Origin: Chloroflexota bacterium | GTDB taxonomy: Bacteria; Chloroflexota; Anaerolineae; Anaerolineales; UBA11858 | NCBI GenBank assembly: GCA_003648195.1 | Contig: QMOK01000001.1 | Span: forward strand, 13,189-77,188 | Direction: 5' to 3' | Length of the DNA stretch: 64,000 bases | Shown here: piece after piece, positions 63,543-64,000 of the stretch | Numbering within the stretch: position 1 is the stretch's first letter | Layout of the letters: every line of letters starts with the position of its first letter | Made by a program: the position numbers and the translations under genes | The notes under the pieces: model-generated | What the model was told of the DNA's origin: nothing | Seen by the model: the letters and a program-made list of their open reading frames with translations, nothing else | Database searches by the model: none

Positions 63543-64000
63543 TTACTTCCTTCCACGCAAACGAGTATCAAACGCATCCCGTAGTCCGTCGCCCATGAAG
63601 TTAAAGGCCAAAGTTAAAACTGTCAAAGCAATACCTGGTAACAATACCAAATGAGGGTTAGAACGTAATCCTGAGTAACCTTCGTTGATCATCGCGCCCC
63701 AACTCGGTGTAGGAGGATCAACTCCCAAACCTATGAAACTTAAGGCCGATTCAGTAAAGATATATCCTGGAATAGCCATCGACTCAGCGATAAGTAATGG
63801 TCCTAAAACATTAGGAATAAGGTGTTTGAAAATAATGTGCCCACTACTAGCGCCAATAGCTTGAGCCGCTTCCACAAATTCTTTCTCTTTGTAAGAAAGA
63901 ACCTGACCACGCGCCATACGAGCCATACCAATCCAGTTCAAAGCTCCAATAGCAATGAAGACAAACAATAAACCGCCTGTCAGCTTATTTAATTCAATCA
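63543..64000 (-). CDS. Peptide/nickel-type ABC transporter permease (DppC/OppC-like), N-terminus outside the window
   Basis: The C-terminal sequence ...FIGLGVDPPTPSWGAMINEG...NFMGDGLRDAFDTRLRGRK is typical of this family. The frame is open to base 64000. Confidence 0.85.
   Translation of the reverse strand, partial: IELNKLTGGLLFVFIAIGALNWIGMARMARGQVLSYKEKEFVEAAQAIGASSGHIIFKHLIPNVLGPLLIAESMAIPGYIFTESALSFIGLGVDPPTPSWGAMINEGYSGLRSNPHLVLLPGIALTVLTLAFNFMGDGLRDAFDTRLRGRK

Overview
This is a 64-kb chromosomal window with genes cut at both ends. All product calls come from motifs read by eye in the supplied translations and DNA; no searches were run.

The organism looks Chloroflexota/Anaerolineae-like. 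This is an inference from the 16S sequence, an FMN-riboswitch-controlled ThiXYZ-like (RibXY-type) transporter, and the repeat content.

Gene content, left to right:
- gyrA (partial) and a stand-alone rpoC (minus strand).
- iorAB.
- A ~1.3-kb stretch of repeat and recombinase debris.
- A 1180-aa pyruvate:ferredoxin oxidoreductase.
- A complete rrn operon on the minus strand (16S, tRNA-Ile, tRNA-Ala, 23S, 5S) with two near-consensus promoters.
- An FMN riboswitch driving an ABC importer.
- A NapC/NrfH-type tetrahaem cytochrome plus an octahaem Hao-like lipoprotein, followed directly by a complete but rearranged System I cytochrome c maturation cluster (ccmE-F-H-G-x-A-B-C-D). Its CcmE carries the variant CxxxY haem-binding motif.
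- holA, an M16 peptidase pair and acpS.
- A SAM-cycle/methionine-salvage block (ahcY, PfkB kinase, mtnA).
- A Phd/VapC toxin-antitoxin pair, then murJ and a URO-D-family gene.
- A BMP-family (nucleoside-type) ABC importer, followed by cdd.
- A DUF211 + VIT pair, glmU and tRNA-Gln.
- A receiver-Roadblock response regulator.
- An ECF sigma operon with a 618-aa membrane protein.
- The end of a peptide ABC permease.

I found no CRISPR array, intact transposase or integrase, or recognisable defence island. The TA pair is the only such element.

The observations I rate highest:
1. The quinol-linked NrfH-like/Hao-like module fused to a variant ccm cluster.
2. A predicted 4-TM, ~115-aa hydrophobic insertion inside the first nucleotide-binding domain of the BMP-family ABC ATPase.
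3. The TA cassette, bracketed by 136-bp direct repeats that are identical except for the 3-nt loop of an internal palindrome.
4. A pervasive family of strand-asymmetric (C-free, then G-free) stutter tracts of about 8-nt period that fill intergenic spacers.
5. 42-bp tandem repeats that add an acidic tail to RNA polymerase beta'.

I cannot point to one clearly new multi-gene system. The items above are leads, not demonstrations.
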